64,000 bases of DNA, taken from Myxococcota bacterium (GTDB lineage Bacteria; Myxococcota_A; UBA796; UBA2385). The stretch spans positions 96,001 to 160,000 of the forward strand of contig JBIJDH010000017.1 in the NCBI GenBank assembly GCA_044344255.1. The letters run 5' to 3'. Below, piece by piece: positions 1 through 9,632 of this stretch. Positions within the stretch are counted from its first letter, which is position 1, and the number at the start of each line of letters is the position of its first letter. The position numbers were made by a program, and so were the translations under genes. The notes below the pieces were generated by a model that worked only from the letters and a program-made list of their open reading frames with translations, had not been told where the DNA came from and made no database searches.

Positions 1-349
1 CACCGGTGCGCTCGGCGTCAAAGAAGCCGATCTCCTGACGGATCAGGGAGGCGAAGAGGTCTCGGCGGAGGCGGGCCACCACCCGCTCCCCCGCCGTGGT
101 GAACAGGTAAGCCCGCAAGGCGGCGAAGGCCCCGCTCACCACCGCGATGACCAGCGCGAAGATGACGATCTGGTTGACCTCGGCCGAGCCCGCCTCCCCC
201 ACCACCTTGGCGATGAGCTTGCCCGCCACGCCGGGCATGATGAGCCCGACGCTGGAGCCCAGCAGGAGGGCGACGGTGCCCGCGGCGAGCCGCTTCTTTT
301 CGGGGCCGGCGAGGGAGAGGAGGCGACGGAGCGAGCTCTTTTTGTCCAT
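1..349 (-). CDS. ABC transporter (exporter, MdlB/ABCB type), N-terminal transmembrane domain; runs off the window edge
   Basis: Own translation from ATG 349: MDKKSSLRRLLSLAGPEKKRLAAGTVALLLGSSVGLIMP...AFAALRAYLFTTAGERVVARLRRDLFASLIRQEIGFFDAERTG. This is typical ABC_membrane sequence. Alternative in-frame ATG at 361. Confidence 0.85.
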   Translation of the reverse strand, partial: MDKKSSLRRLLSLAGPEKKRLAAGTVALLLGSSVGLIMPGVAGKLIAKVVGEAGSAEVNQIVIFALVIAVVSGAFAALRAYLFTTAGERVVARLRRDLFASLIRQEIGFFDAERTG

Positions 350-401
350 GGGCCGAACCATGCTCCCCGAGCCGGCGCGGTCAAGGCGTGCGGCAGCGAA
401 A

Positions 402-2489
402 ATGACTGCCCGTCCCGTACAGCGGGCCACGCTCGCGGGTCTCAGGGTTAGGTCGCGAGGCCCCTCCACCGGGGCGCAACCCGAGGTGTGCGTGCGCCCG
501 TCCCCTACCCTCCGCCGCCCGCGGCTCGCCCCTCTGGTCTGGCTGCTGCCCGTGTTCCTGGGATTGTTCGGCCTCGGTGGGGGCGCGGCGCCGGACACGC
601 TGGTCGCCGCGCTGGTGCTCGACTTCCAGCAAGACGGCGTGGTGGTCGACCGCCCGGCCCTCGACGCCGCCTACGCCGCCGCCTGTACGGCGGGGCACCC
701 CGTCGCCTGCGCGCCGCTCCAGTGGCACGGCCCCGAGGGCCTCGACCGCGCCCGCGCCCGCGCCACCTTTGACGCCGCCTGCGCCGCCGGGGATCCAGCC
801 GCCTGCCTGGTTCCCGGCTGGCTCGACAGTCAGCTCGAGCTCGGCCTCAGCAATGTGGGCGCCCCGGCCCCCACCGCCGCCGTCACCCGCTTCCGCGGAC
901 TCTGCGATCAAGGCCTCCCCCGCGCCTGCGCCGAGCTCGGCTACCTGCTGCGCGCCGGCACTGGCGTCGCGAAGGACCTCCCCGCCGCCCGGGCGCTGCT
1001 GGTGCGGGCCTGCGAGGACGGCGTGGGCAACGCCTGCACCTCGGTGGCGGCGCTCGAGGGCGAGGAGCCCGGCGCCGCCGGCGATCCCGCCGTGGCGCTG
1101 CGGCAGTTCGTGCGCGGCTGCAACCGGGGCGACCCCATCTCCTGCCACTCCGCGGGGCTCCTCCTCGAGGGCGGCGCCGACGGCGCCCCCGACCCGGGCC
1201 GCGCCCGCGCCTACTACGACCAGGCCTGCCAAGGCGGCCTGTCAAGCGCATGCATGGAGCTCGCCCTGCGCGGTCCCTCCGAGGCCCTCCCGGCCCTGCG
1301 GGAGCGGCTGCACAGCCTCAACGAGGCCGGCTGCGCCGCCGGCAACGACCGCGCCTGCGCCGACCTCTCCGAGATGCTCCTCGCTGGCTGGGCCAAGGGG
1401 GACGCTGACCTCGGCCGCGCCGAGGCGCTGCGCGACCGCGCCTGCGCCGCCCACGTCGCCAAGGCCTGCCGAGCGGCAGCCGACGCCGTGATGCAGAGCC
1501 GCAACCCCGACTTCGAGCGGGTCCGCGGCCTGCTCGACCAGGCCTGTCGCCAGGACGACGGCCCCGCCTGCGGGCGCCTCGGGGCGATGCGGCTGGCGAT
1601 GGCCGAGGCCGACCCCACCGCCACCGCGGAGGCGATCACCCTGACGGAGCGCGCCTGCAGCCTCGGCCACGCCCAGGCCTGCGTGGAGCGCGGCTGGATG
1701 TACCTGCGCGGCACCGGCGCCCCGGCGGACCCCGCCGCCGCCGAGCGGGCCTGGTCGAGCGCCTGCGAGCGCGGCGCCAGCGCCGGCTGCACCGCCCTTG
1801 CCCACGGCCTCGTCGGCGGTCTCCACGAGGGGCGGCCCGATCTGCCGAGCGCCCTCCCCCTCTTCGAGCAGGCCTGCCAGCAGGACGACCCCGCCGCTTG
1901 CACCGCGCTCGGCCAGCTCCACCAGCGCGGCATCGGCGTCCCCTACGACATGGCCGCCGCCACCGCCCTCTTCCAGCGGGCCTGCGCGGCCGGCGACGGC
2001 CTCGGCTGCGCCGACCTCGGCTGGTTCGTCGAGGTCGGCCTCACCGGCGCCCCCGACCTCGACACCGCCCGCCGCCTCTACCAGCAGTCCTGCAGCCTCG
2101 GCTCCGACAAGGGCTGCGCCCACTTCGCGATCAGCGCCAGCGCAGCCTTCGTCACCAGCCCCGAGGCCACCGAGGTCCTGAAGCGCGCCTGCCTGTCGCG
2201 CAGCGCCACCGGCTGCGCAGGGCTCGCCCGCCAGGAGCTCGACCACCCCCGCTCCCGCGAAGACCAGCAGGGCGCGATCGATCTCCTCGAGACCACCTGC
2301 TCGCTCCCGACCGCGATGCTCTGCCGCTGGGCGGACTGCGAGATCGAGTCCCCCCTCGCCTGCCGCTGGCTGGGCGAGGTCTACTGGGAGGGCGACGGCG
2401 TGCGGCGCAGCCACAAGAAGGCCCGCGGCTACTACGAGCGCGCCTGCCACATCGGTGACCCCGTCGCCTGCAACCGCCTCAGCCGCTGA
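402..2489 (+). CDS. Cys-rich Sel1-like repeat protein (HcpA type), probably exported
   Basis: Many 'A..LF.RAC..GD..AC..LG' repeats and a hydrophobic segment LVWLLPVFLGLFGLG near the N-terminus. Start uncertain; the ORF-track start at 147 overlaps the divergent ABC gene. Confidence 0.85.
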   Translation: MTARPVQRATLAGLRVRSRGPSTGAQPEVCVRPSPTLRRPRLAPLVWLLPVFLGLFGLGGGAAPDTLVAALVLDFQQDGVVVDRPALDAAYAAACTAGHPVACAPLQWHGPEGLDRARARATFDAACAAGDPAACLVPGWLDSQLELGLSNVGAPAPTAAVTRFRGLCDQGLPRACAELGYLLRAGTGVAKDLPAARALLVRACEDGVGNACTSVAALEGEEPGAAGDPAVALRQFVRGCNRGDPISCHSAGLLLEGGADGAPDPGRARAYYDQACQGGLSSACMELALRGPSEALPALRERLHSLNEAGCAAGNDRACADLSEMLLAGWAKGDADLGRAEALRDRACAAHVAKACRAAADAVMQSRNPDFERVRGLLDQACRQDDGPACGRLGAMRLAMAEADPTATAEAITLTERACSLGHAQACVERGWMYLRGTGAPADPAAAERAWSSACERGASAGCTALAHGLVGGLHEGRPDLPSALPLFEQACQQDDPAACTALGQLHQRGIGVPYDMAAATALFQRACAAGDGLGCADLGWFVEVGLTGAPDLDTARRLYQQSCSLGSDKGCAHFAISASAAFVTSPEATEVLKRACLSRSATGCAGLARQELDHPRSREDQQGAIDLLETTCSLPTAMLCRWADCEIESPLACRWLGEVYWEGDGVRRSHKKARGYYERACHIGDPVACNRLSR

Positions 2490-2540
2490 GCGACCGCAGC
2501 GACACCGGCGACCCCCGCGACGCGGGCGAAGCAGGCGCGC

Positions 2541-4187
2541 TCACCAGCGAGGCAGCGCCGCGTCACAGCCGCCAAGGTAGGGCAGCCGGCTCCGCGGGGC
2601 CCGCGCTCGCCGCGCGGCCGAGGCCCCGCCGAGCGTCTCCGCCTCCGAGAGGCCCTCCGTCGCCTCCGCGGCGGCGACAGCCATCTCAAGGAAGAGCACG
2701 GGGTCGATGTTGTCGGTCGTGTCACAGGCCTGATGATAGCAGGCGTCCAGCGCCTCACCGGCCTCCCCGCCGTAGGTCTCCGCCTCGGCGCCGCTCTTCC
2801 GCTGCTCCGCCCCCGTGAAGAGGCCGCCCGCCGGCACCCCCGCGAGGATGAAGGGCCCGTAGTCGGAGCGCCCGTCAAAGGCGGTGGGGCCCCAGGCGAG
2901 CCCGGCGGCGTCCAGGGAGCCGGTGAGCAGAGCCTCGAGCGCGGCGCTGCCCTCGGGGGGCGGGTAGCCGTCGAGCTCGGCCGAGCCGTCGCCGTCGTAG
3001 ACGAAGCGGGCGCCGTTCGGGCTGGCCACCATGTCGAAGTTGAGGTTGCCGAGGTGGAGCGCGAGCGCGTCGTCGGTGAGGGACTCGACATAGGCGAAGG
3101 AGCCGAGCAGGCCAAGCTCCTCACCGCCCCAGAAGGCGAAGCGCTGGGTGTTGCGCCCGGCCGCGCCCTCGTCCAGCCGAGCGGCGCTGGCCAGGGCCAG
3201 CTCCAGCACGAGGGCCGTCCCCGAGCCGTTGTCGTTGATGCCCGGCCCCGCGGTGACGCTGTCGAGGTGGCCACCGATGATGCCGAGCTCGGGCCGCGCC
3301 CCGGGGACATCGACCCACAGGTTCTCGGTGGGCTCGCGGCTGGTCTCGGTCGCGGCCTCGACGGTGACCTGGAGGGTGCCAGCGGCGAGCTCGGCGATCA
3401 GGGCCTCGCCGAGGGCGGTGGTGGCGGCGAGGGTGGGGAGCCCCGCCTCGCTGTCCATCGAGCCCCCGAAGAGCCCGCTGCGGTCGGCCTGCCCCTCGTT
3501 GAAGATCACGACGGCGACCGCGCCTGCGGCCTTCGCGGCCTCGACCTTCTCGCTGAAGGTGCAGCCCCCGCGCTGAAGCAGCGCGACGCCGCCCGCCGGG
3601 AAGGCCGCGAAGTCAGCCGCCTCGCAGCCGCTGTTGGTGCTGTTCTCACCGCCGGGAGGCGGCAGCACCACGTCGACGGCGACCAGCGGCCCGCTGGCGA
3701 GGCCGGGCGGGGTCCCTCGCAGGTGCCCGAAGTCTGACCCCGCGACGAAGGGCCCGCCGCGCTCCGGCTCGAGCCGGGCCTCGCCCACCTCCCGCCAGGT
3801 GGTGATGTCGAAGCCCTGCCGCACGGGAGACAGCCCGGCGGCGAGGAGCTCCGCCTCCACCCAGTCGAGCGAGGCCCGGTGCCCCGCGGTGGCCGCCGAG
3901 CGGTTGCCCGCGTTCGTGTCGGCGATGGCCTGCAGGGCGTCGAGGTGGCCGAGCAGGCGGTCGATGTCCATCCGCGCGGCGAGCGAGGCCACGGGGGCGG
4001 TGTCCTCGCCCCCCCCGGAGTCGGCCGGCGCGGCGCTGTCCCCGGCGCCCGCCCCGTCGCTCCCTTTGGAGCCGGGACCTTCACCCCCCGAGCACGCGAG
4101 GAGCCCGAGGGCGAGGGCGGTCGAGGCCCGCCGAGCCGTTCGAGGGGGGAGGAGCGGAGACGAGGGGAAGGCGAGGCGCGTGCGCAT
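2541..4187 (-). CDS. M28 family Zn aminopeptidase with PA domain, lipoprotein
   Basis: GGHLDSVTAGPGINDNGSG, FWGGEELGLLGS, LNFDMVASPN, RSDYGPF, CYHQACD; PA motif RGGCTFSEKV; lipobox LLAC. Confidence 0.92.
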   Translation of the reverse strand: MRTRLAFPSSPLLPPRTARRASTALALGLLACSGGEGPGSKGSDGAGAGDSAAPADSGGGEDTAPVASLAARMDIDRLLGHLDALQAIADTNAGNRSAATAGHRASLDWVEAELLAAGLSPVRQGFDITTWREVGEARLEPERGGPFVAGSDFGHLRGTPPGLASGPLVAVDVVLPPPGGENSTNSGCEAADFAAFPAGGVALLQRGGCTFSEKVEAAKAAGAVAVVIFNEGQADRSGLFGGSMDSEAGLPTLAATTALGEALIAELAAGTLQVTVEAATETSREPTENLWVDVPGARPELGIIGGHLDSVTAGPGINDNGSGTALVLELALASAARLDEGAAGRNTQRFAFWGGEELGLLGSFAYVESLTDDALALHLGNLNFDMVASPNGARFVYDGDGSAELDGYPPPEGSAALEALLTGSLDAAGLAWGPTAFDGRSDYGPFILAGVPAGGLFTGAEQRKSGAEAETYGGEAGEALDACYHQACDTTDNIDPVLFLEMAVAAAEATEGLSEAETLGGASAARRARAPRSRLPYLGGCDAALPRW

Positions 4188-4291
4188 GCCCTCACCTACC
4201 GCGGCGGCCGGCACCGGGGAGGGCGGCAGCGGCAGCGGCAGCGGCAGCGGTGCGCGCGGTCGGCCCGACGGCGGGCGGCGCGCGGCCACCT

Positions 4292-4306
4292 GCGACATCA
4301 TGTCGC
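4292..4306. promoter_or_regulatory. Perfect 7-1-7 palindrome GCGACATCATGTCGC, a RegA/PrrA/RegR-type binding site (GCGRC-N5-GYCGC)
   Basis: Lies in the divergent intergenic region ahead of the TonB receptor. A RegA-family regulator is encoded 3.5 kb away. Confidence 0.6.
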
Positions 4307-4342
4307 GTGGACTGCGCAGGCAGGCCGATCGTAGGAGGCGCT

Positions 4343-6334
4343 GTGGACGCCGCCGATCCAGCCCCCGCCCCCGAATCCGCAGAGGTGGTCGCCGCAGAGG
4401 TGGACGCCACAGAGGTGGACGCCACAGAGGTGGACGCAACAGAGGTGGTGGTCGAGGCCCGACGAAGGGAGGGCTCAGCCACCGATCGGACCCTCGACCG
4501 CGCGGCCATCGAGGCCATGCCGGGCCGCTCCGCCGACGACCTTCTCCGCGCCATGCCAGGCATGCACATCTCCGCCCACGGCGGCCATGGCAAGGCCTAC
4601 CAGTTCTTCCTCCGCGGCTTCGACGCCGTGCATGGCTCGGACATCGCCGTCTCCCTGGAAGGGGTGCCCCTGAACGAGGTCTCGAACGTCCACGGGCACG
4701 GCTACCTCGATCTGCACTTCATCCCGCCGATCCTCGTGCGCGGCCTCACGCTCTCCCCCGGCACCTGGAGGGCGGATGTGGGCGACTTCGCCGTGGCCGG
4801 CTCCGCCGACCTCTCCCTCGGCCTGGAGGAGGCCGGCGGACAGGCCTGGATCGGTGGGGGCACCGACCGGAGCGGCACAGGGACGCTCGCCTGGCGGCCC
4901 GCGCGCTCACGACCCGGGACCTTCCTCGTCGCCGACGTCGATCTCGGGCAGGGCGTGGGCGAGGCCCGCGCCTGGCGACAGGCCCGCGCAGGTGCCGGCT
5001 GGCAAGGGAGCCTCGGGGAGCTCGAGACGCGGGCATACCTGCTCGCCTACGACGGGGTCTTCGAGTCGCCGGGCGTGCTGCGTGAGGATGATCTCGCCGC
5101 GGGGGCGGTAGACTTCACCGACGCCTACCCGGGGGCGGGCGGGGGAGCCTCCCGCCGCCTCCTGGGGACCGCGATCGCCTCGGGCGGCGACCGCCTGCTG
5201 TGGCGGCTCAGCCTCTACGGCGGGTGGCGGGAGCTCCGGCTCGTCCAGAACTACACCGGTTACTACGGTGACACCGAGCATGGCGACGGCAGCGCACAGT
5301 CGCATGCGGCCGGCCTCGCCGGGGCCCGGCTGGAGGGGGGCTGGGCGGGGCCCGCCGGGCTCGCCCTCAAGGGAGGCCTCGACGGGCGGGGGGACCTCTT
5401 CACCCAGACCGAGGAGGGGGTCCTGCCGGATGGCGAGGTCTGGGAGCGCCGCTTTGAGACCGAGGCCCGGCAGGCCGATCTGGGTGTCTGGCTCGCCGCA
5501 CCCTGGTCGCCCGTCGGCTGGCTCCGCCTGGAGCCGGGTCTGCGCGCGGAGCTCCTCCTCGTCAAACCGGAGGCCGCGGCGGACGGCCTCGCCTGGGCCC
5601 CCGTCCTGGCGCCGAAGGCGGCGCTCAGCCTCTCTCCGGACGGGCCCGTCACCGGCTTCGCATCCTACGGCAGGGGCTTCCGCTCCCCCGAGGCCCGCGG
5701 CACCGAGGCCGGGGAGGTGGCCCCGGTGGCCCTCTCCGACTCGGGCGAGCTCGGGGCCCGCGCGCGGCCCACGGACTGGCTGGAGCTCCGAGCGGCGGGC
5801 TTCGCCACGCTCATCTCCGACGAGATCCTCTTCGACCACGCCGCCGCACGTTTCCTCGCGACCGGTGGCACGCGGCGCCTCGGCATCGACAGCGGGGCGA
5901 CGCTGCGGCCCATCGAGCCCCTGCGGGTGGAGGCCGACCTCACCTGGTCGGAGGGCAGCTACGTCGCCACCGACGAGCCCATCCCCTACGCGCCGCGCCT
6001 GCTCGTCGTAGGCGGGGTCTACACCGACCACCTGCCCGCCGGCCCCCTGCGCCTCACGCTGGGGCTCCGGGGCTGGCTGCTCGGCCCCCGTCCCCTGCCC
6101 GGGGGCTTCTCCAGCCACCGCACAGGGGTGCTCGATCTCTCGACCCGCACCGACTGGCAGCGGTGGAGCCTCGACCTCGACGTGGACAATGTTCTGGGCA
6201 CCGACTGGAAGGATGGGGAATTCATCTTCCCGTCCCACTGGGATCTCAAGGAGCCCCGGAGCGAGCTGCCGGCGCGCCAGTTCACCGCTGGCGCCCCGCG
6301 GGTCGCCCGCCTCTCGATGGGAAGGAGCTTCTGA
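4343..6334 (+). CDS. TonB-dependent receptor
   Basis: Plug motif HGGHGKAYQFFLRGFDAVHGSDIA...GVPLN...HGHGYLDLHFI, barrel motif SYGRGFRSP, C-terminal Phe. Start placed at GTG 4343 after AGGAGG (4333-4338); uncertain. Confidence 0.88.
   Translation: MDAADPAPAPESAEVVAAEVDATEVDATEVDATEVVVEARRREGSATDRTLDRAAIEAMPGRSADDLLRAMPGMHISAHGGHGKAYQFFLRGFDAVHGSDIAVSLEGVPLNEVSNVHGHGYLDLHFIPPILVRGLTLSPGTWRADVGDFAVAGSADLSLGLEEAGGQAWIGGGTDRSGTGTLAWRPARSRPGTFLVADVDLGQGVGEARAWRQARAGAGWQGSLGELETRAYLLAYDGVFESPGVLREDDLAAGAVDFTDAYPGAGGGASRRLLGTAIASGGDRLLWRLSLYGGWRELRLVQNYTGYYGDTEHGDGSAQSHAAGLAGARLEGGWAGPAGLALKGGLDGRGDLFTQTEEGVLPDGEVWERRFETEARQADLGVWLAAPWSPVGWLRLEPGLRAELLLVKPEAAADGLAWAPVLAPKAALSLSPDGPVTGFASYGRGFRSPEARGTEAGEVAPVALSDSGELGARARPTDWLELRAAGFATLISDEILFDHAAARFLATGGTRRLGIDSGATLRPIEPLRVEADLTWSEGSYVATDEPIPYAPRLLVVGGVYTDHLPAGPLRLTLGLRGWLLGPRPLPGGFSSHRTGVLDLSTRTDWQRWSLDLDVDNVLGTDWKDGEFIFPSHWDLKEPRSELPARQFTAGAPRVARLSMGRSF
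4397..4449 (+). repeat. 15-bp tandem repeat (GAGGTGGACGCCACA, about 3 copies) encoding EVDAT x3
   Basis: Directly visible in the sequence and the translation. Confidence 0.85.
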
Positions 6335-7008
6335 TGGTCCTCTTGCTGCCGGTCCTCTTCCTGCTCGTCGCCTGCGGCGCCGAAGATCCCGCGCTGCTCT
6401 CCGTCCCCGTGACCTTTCGTGCGGCGGGTGACGAGGTCACCCCGGCGGAGGGGGTGGTCCTCCTCCTCAACGAGGCCACCCTCAGCCTCTCCGACCTCCG
6501 CCTGGAGGCGCCCGCGGAGACCGCCATAAGCTGGTCGCTCATCCCCGCGGCCCACGCCCACCCCGGCCACGACTTCGCCGGAGACGTGGCCGGCGAGCTC
6601 ACCGGCACCTGGACCCTCAATCTGATCGGGGAGGACCTCCGCCTCGGCGAGGCCGCCTGCTACGAGGGCGACTACGCCACCGGGCGCCTTACTGTGCTTC
6701 CCGAGCCCGTCGCGCGCCTCGCAGGCACCGCCACCCTGGGCGGCACGACCCTCCCCTTCCTCTTCGAGCTCGCCCCCGACCAGGAGATCACCGGCCTCTC
6801 CTTCGGGGCCGAGATGTCGGCCGATGAGCCGCTTGGCGGGATCGGGCTCGGCGTGGACCTCGCCCACATCTTCTCCTTCGTCGACTGGCAAGAGGGAGAC
6901 ACCGACGGCGACGGCACCCTCACCGTCTCCGACGGCACCTTCGGCAACACCCTCCTATTCGGCCTGGTCGCCACCCCCACCTGGACCATCCGCCTGGAGC
7001 AACCATGA
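6334..7008 (+). CDS. Lipoprotein with His motif AHAHPGH, putative metal-binding partner of the TonB receptor
   Basis: TGATG overlap with the receptor stop codon; lipobox LVAC; AHAHPGHDFAGDVAGEL. Confidence 0.75.
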   Translation: MVLLLPVLFLLVACGAEDPALLSVPVTFRAAGDEVTPAEGVVLLLNEATLSLSDLRLEAPAETAISWSLIPAAHAHPGHDFAGDVAGELTGTWTLNLIGEDLRLGEAACYEGDYATGRLTVLPEPVARLAGTATLGGTTLPFLFELAPDQEITGLSFGAEMSADEPLGGIGLGVDLAHIFSFVDWQEGDTDGDGTLTVSDGTFGNTLLFGLVATPTWTIRLEQP

Positions 7009-7038
7009 CTGGAGCAACCATGACTGGAGCAGCCATGA
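6994..7038 (+). repeat. Three tandem copies of CTGGAGCA(A/G)CCATGA at a stop/start junction
   Basis: Copies at 6994-7008, 7009-7023 and 7024-7038; each holds GGAG, ATG and TGA. Confidence 0.9.
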
Positions 7039-7769
7039 ACCGACTTTCAACCTACCCTCTCTTCCTCCTCCTCAGCGCATGCGGCAGCGGCACCTGGACG
7101 GTCAACACCTGGGGCGAGGACTATATCGAAGAGACCATCCCCGCTGACATCTTCGAGGATGGCTGCTCGGTCACCTACGACCGCTTCGAGGTGGCGCTCA
7201 GCGACGTGGCCCTCCTGGACGGCGACGGCGAGGAGGTGGGCACCATCGACGGGGAGCACATCTTTGACCTCACCGAGGTCGGCCCCCAGGAGGTCGGCTC
7301 CGTAGACGTGCCCGCCACCCACTACGCCAATTCGCGTTTCTCCATCTCCCCCTCGGACGCGCTCGACGGACAGTCGGTCGTGACCGCAGGGACGCTGGAG
7401 TGCGGAGGGGCGGCGGTCACCTTCGACTGGACCTTCGCGACCGACACCACCTACGCGTGCGCGCCCGCCGACCTCACCATTCCCAAAGGCGGAGAGGACG
7501 ACACCCAGTACACGATCCACGGAGACCACCTGTTTTACGACGGCCTCGAGAACCCGGACGCCGTGGTCCGCGGACTGGCCATCTTCGAGTCGGACGCCGA
7601 CGGAGACGGGAAGGTCACAATGGCGGAGCTCGACGCGGTCTCGGTGGCCCCGCTCGGCTACGAGGTCGGCCAGTACAGCGCGGTCACCACCCTCGGCGAC
7701 TTCGTGGCCTTCCTCACGCAGACCCTCGGTCATGTCGACGGAGAGGGCCACTGCCAGGTGGATCTGTAG
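7035..7769 (+). CDS. Acidic lipoprotein (TIHGDHLFYD, GHVDGEGHC), putative metal-binding
   Basis: Lipobox LSAC; conserved-looking His/Cys motifs; in-frame upstream ATGs at 7005 and 7020 come from the repeat. Confidence 0.75.
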   Translation: MNRLSTYPLFLLLSACGSGTWTVNTWGEDYIEETIPADIFEDGCSVTYDRFEVALSDVALLDGDGEEVGTIDGEHIFDLTEVGPQEVGSVDVPATHYANSRFSISPSDALDGQSVVTAGTLECGGAAVTFDWTFATDTTYACAPADLTIPKGGEDDTQYTIHGDHLFYDGLENPDAVVRGLAIFESDADGDGKVTMAELDAVSVAPLGYEVGQYSAVTTLGDFVAFLTQTLGHVDGEGHCQVDL

Positions 7770-7805
7770 CGCCCGAAGCTCGGCGCCGCCGCCTGCCCGA
7801 GGGGC

Positions 7806-8324
7806 TCAGCGAAGGGGCGGTAGCTTCTGTAGCTTGCGCTGGAGGGTCCGCCGATGGAGCCCGAGGCGCCGGGCGGCCTCGGAGATGTTGCCCCCGGTCG
7901 CGTCCAGCACCCGGTGGATGTGCTCGCGCTCCGCCTGATCGAGGGGCTCCATCGCCGGCTCTGTAACGGTCTCCTCGGCCCGTCGGAGTGCCTCCACGAG
8001 CTCGGCCGTGGAGATGGGCTTGGTGCGAAAGTCCACCGCCCCAGCCCGCATCGCCTCCACGGCGGTGGGGATGGTGCCATAGGCGGTGAGCACCACCGAC
8101 CGACAGGCGGGCGCCACCCGCCCCAGCGCGCGGACCACGTCAATCCCCGAGCCGTCGCCGAGGTTGAGATCGATGAGGGCGAGCTCCACCGGGCGTTCGG
8201 TCACCATCCGTGTGGCGGACTCCACCCCCTCCGCCTCGATCGGCTCGAAGCCCTCTCGGCGAAGGGCTCGACAGAGCGCGCCCCGATAGACCGCGTCGTC
8301 CTCCACCACCAGCACTGGGCTCAT
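7806..8324 (-). CDS. regA: RegA/PrrA/ActR family response regulator
   Basis: REC domain (VLVVEDD, LIDLNL, FRTKP) plus the signature C-terminal HTH GGNISEAARRLGLHRRTLQRKLQK; ATGA overlap with the kinase. Confidence 0.88.
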   Translation of the reverse strand: MSPVLVVEDDAVYRGALCRALRREGFEPIEAEGVESATRMVTERPVELALIDLNLGDGSGIDVVRALGRVAPACRSVVLTAYGTIPTAVEAMRAGAVDFRTKPISTAELVEALRRAEETVTEPAMEPLDQAEREHIHRVLDATGGNISEAARRLGLHRRTLQRKLQKLPPLR

Positions 8325-9589
8325 GCAGACTCCATCGAGGCGGGCTCTATCGGGAGCAACAAGGTGACGGTGGTCCCCCGCACCGCGCGAGGCTGAAGGG
8401 TGATGTCGCCGCCGGTCGCGCGGGCGAAGGACCGTGCACCATAGAGGCCGAGCCCGGTGCCGCGTCGGTTGGGCCAGCTCGAGAAGAAGGGCTGACCGGC
8501 CCGCCGCAGCCCCTCCACCGTGGTGGGCGGGCCGCTGTCCTCCACCTCGATGCGTGCAAGCCCCCCCTCCTGTCGATATCGAATGAGGATAGGCTCCCCG
8601 GCGGTGCGGGCATTGTCCAGCACGGTCCACAAGGCGCTCCTCCAGCCTTCCTCTGTCCCTCGCATCCGCTGGGCCCTCTCCGCCTGGCTGTCCTCCCCGG
8701 ACGGCGGCCCCTCCATCTGAAGCTGCACCCGAGCCTCTTGGGCGGCGACCCAGTCCTCCACCCACAGCACGAGGCGCCCATTGACCCCCTCCACATGGCC
8801 CCCCGCCCCATCATCGCGGGTGAGCATGCGGTCGAGGATGGAACGGCATCGGCGGAGCTCGGCCTGGAGGAGCCCATGAGCCTCCCGACCCGGGGCGTCG
8901 TCCGGAAGGTCGAGGGCCATCTCCTCGGCGAGCAGCATGATGGCCCCGAGGGGCGTGCCCAGCGCATGGGCCGTCCCTCCAGCGAGGGTGCCGAGCGCCG
9001 CCAGCTTCTCGGCCTCGGCCCGCTCCGCCTGGAGATGGAGGAGCGCCTGCTCCCGGTCCCGCAGCGTGGCCGCGAGCCGACCGACAAACAGGGTGATCGC
9101 GACAGCACCGAGGTCGAAGGCGAGCACATGGCCGAGGACGTGGCCGGGAATGTGGTGGGCCTCGTCCACCGGCCCCGCCAGGAGCCCGGCGCCGAAGGTC
9201 GCGGATGCCTGGAGCACCACAGCCAGCGCCGTGGCGACGGCAGAAGCCCCCCGCGGCAGGACCACGGCGAGCAAGGCCACCCAGACGAGAAAGAAGGCCT
9301 GGAGCGGGCTCTGGGCGCCGCCTTGATAGACGAGGATGACCGTAAGCGCGATGAGGTCGACGGCCGCGGTGAGGAGAACGGCGCCCTCGCGTCGCCGCCA
9401 CGCCTGGCTCCAGAGCGGACCGAGTAGATCGAAGAGGCCAAGGAGGCCGAGGATGATGAGCACGGCCGCCGGCGCCTGCCGCAGGTTCGGGACGCTGAGC
9501 ACCAGGACGACGATCGCGGTGAGCACGAGGCCGCGCCGCAGGCGAGAGAGCCACGCGAGGGCGAGCTCCGGGTCGGTCGGGGCGGTCAT
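8321..9589 (-). CDS. regB: RegB/PrrB/ActS family sensor histidine kinase
   Basis: About 6 TM segments; H-box LGTLAGGTAHALGTPL; redox-box-like ELRRCRSIL; GTGLGL G2 box. Confidence 0.85.
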   Translation of the reverse strand: MTAPTDPELALAWLSRLRRGLVLTAIVVLVLSVPNLRQAPAAVLIILGLLGLFDLLGPLWSQAWRRREGAVLLTAAVDLIALTVILVYQGGAQSPLQAFFLVWVALLAVVLPRGASAVATALAVVLQASATFGAGLLAGPVDEAHHIPGHVLGHVLAFDLGAVAITLFVGRLAATLRDREQALLHLQAERAEAEKLAALGTLAGGTAHALGTPLGAIMLLAEEMALDLPDDAPGREAHGLLQAELRRCRSILDRMLTRDDGAGGHVEGVNGRLVLWVEDWVAAQEARVQLQMEGPPSGEDSQAERAQRMRGTEEGWRSALWTVLDNARTAGEPILIRYRQEGGLARIEVEDSGPPTTVEGLRRAGQPFFSSWPNRRGTGLGLYGARSFARATGGDITLQPRAVRGTTVTLLLPIEPASMESA

Positions 9590-9632
9590 GGGCGGCGCGG
9601 TGGAGGGCAGAGTCGGGGGCACGGCGGCTGAC

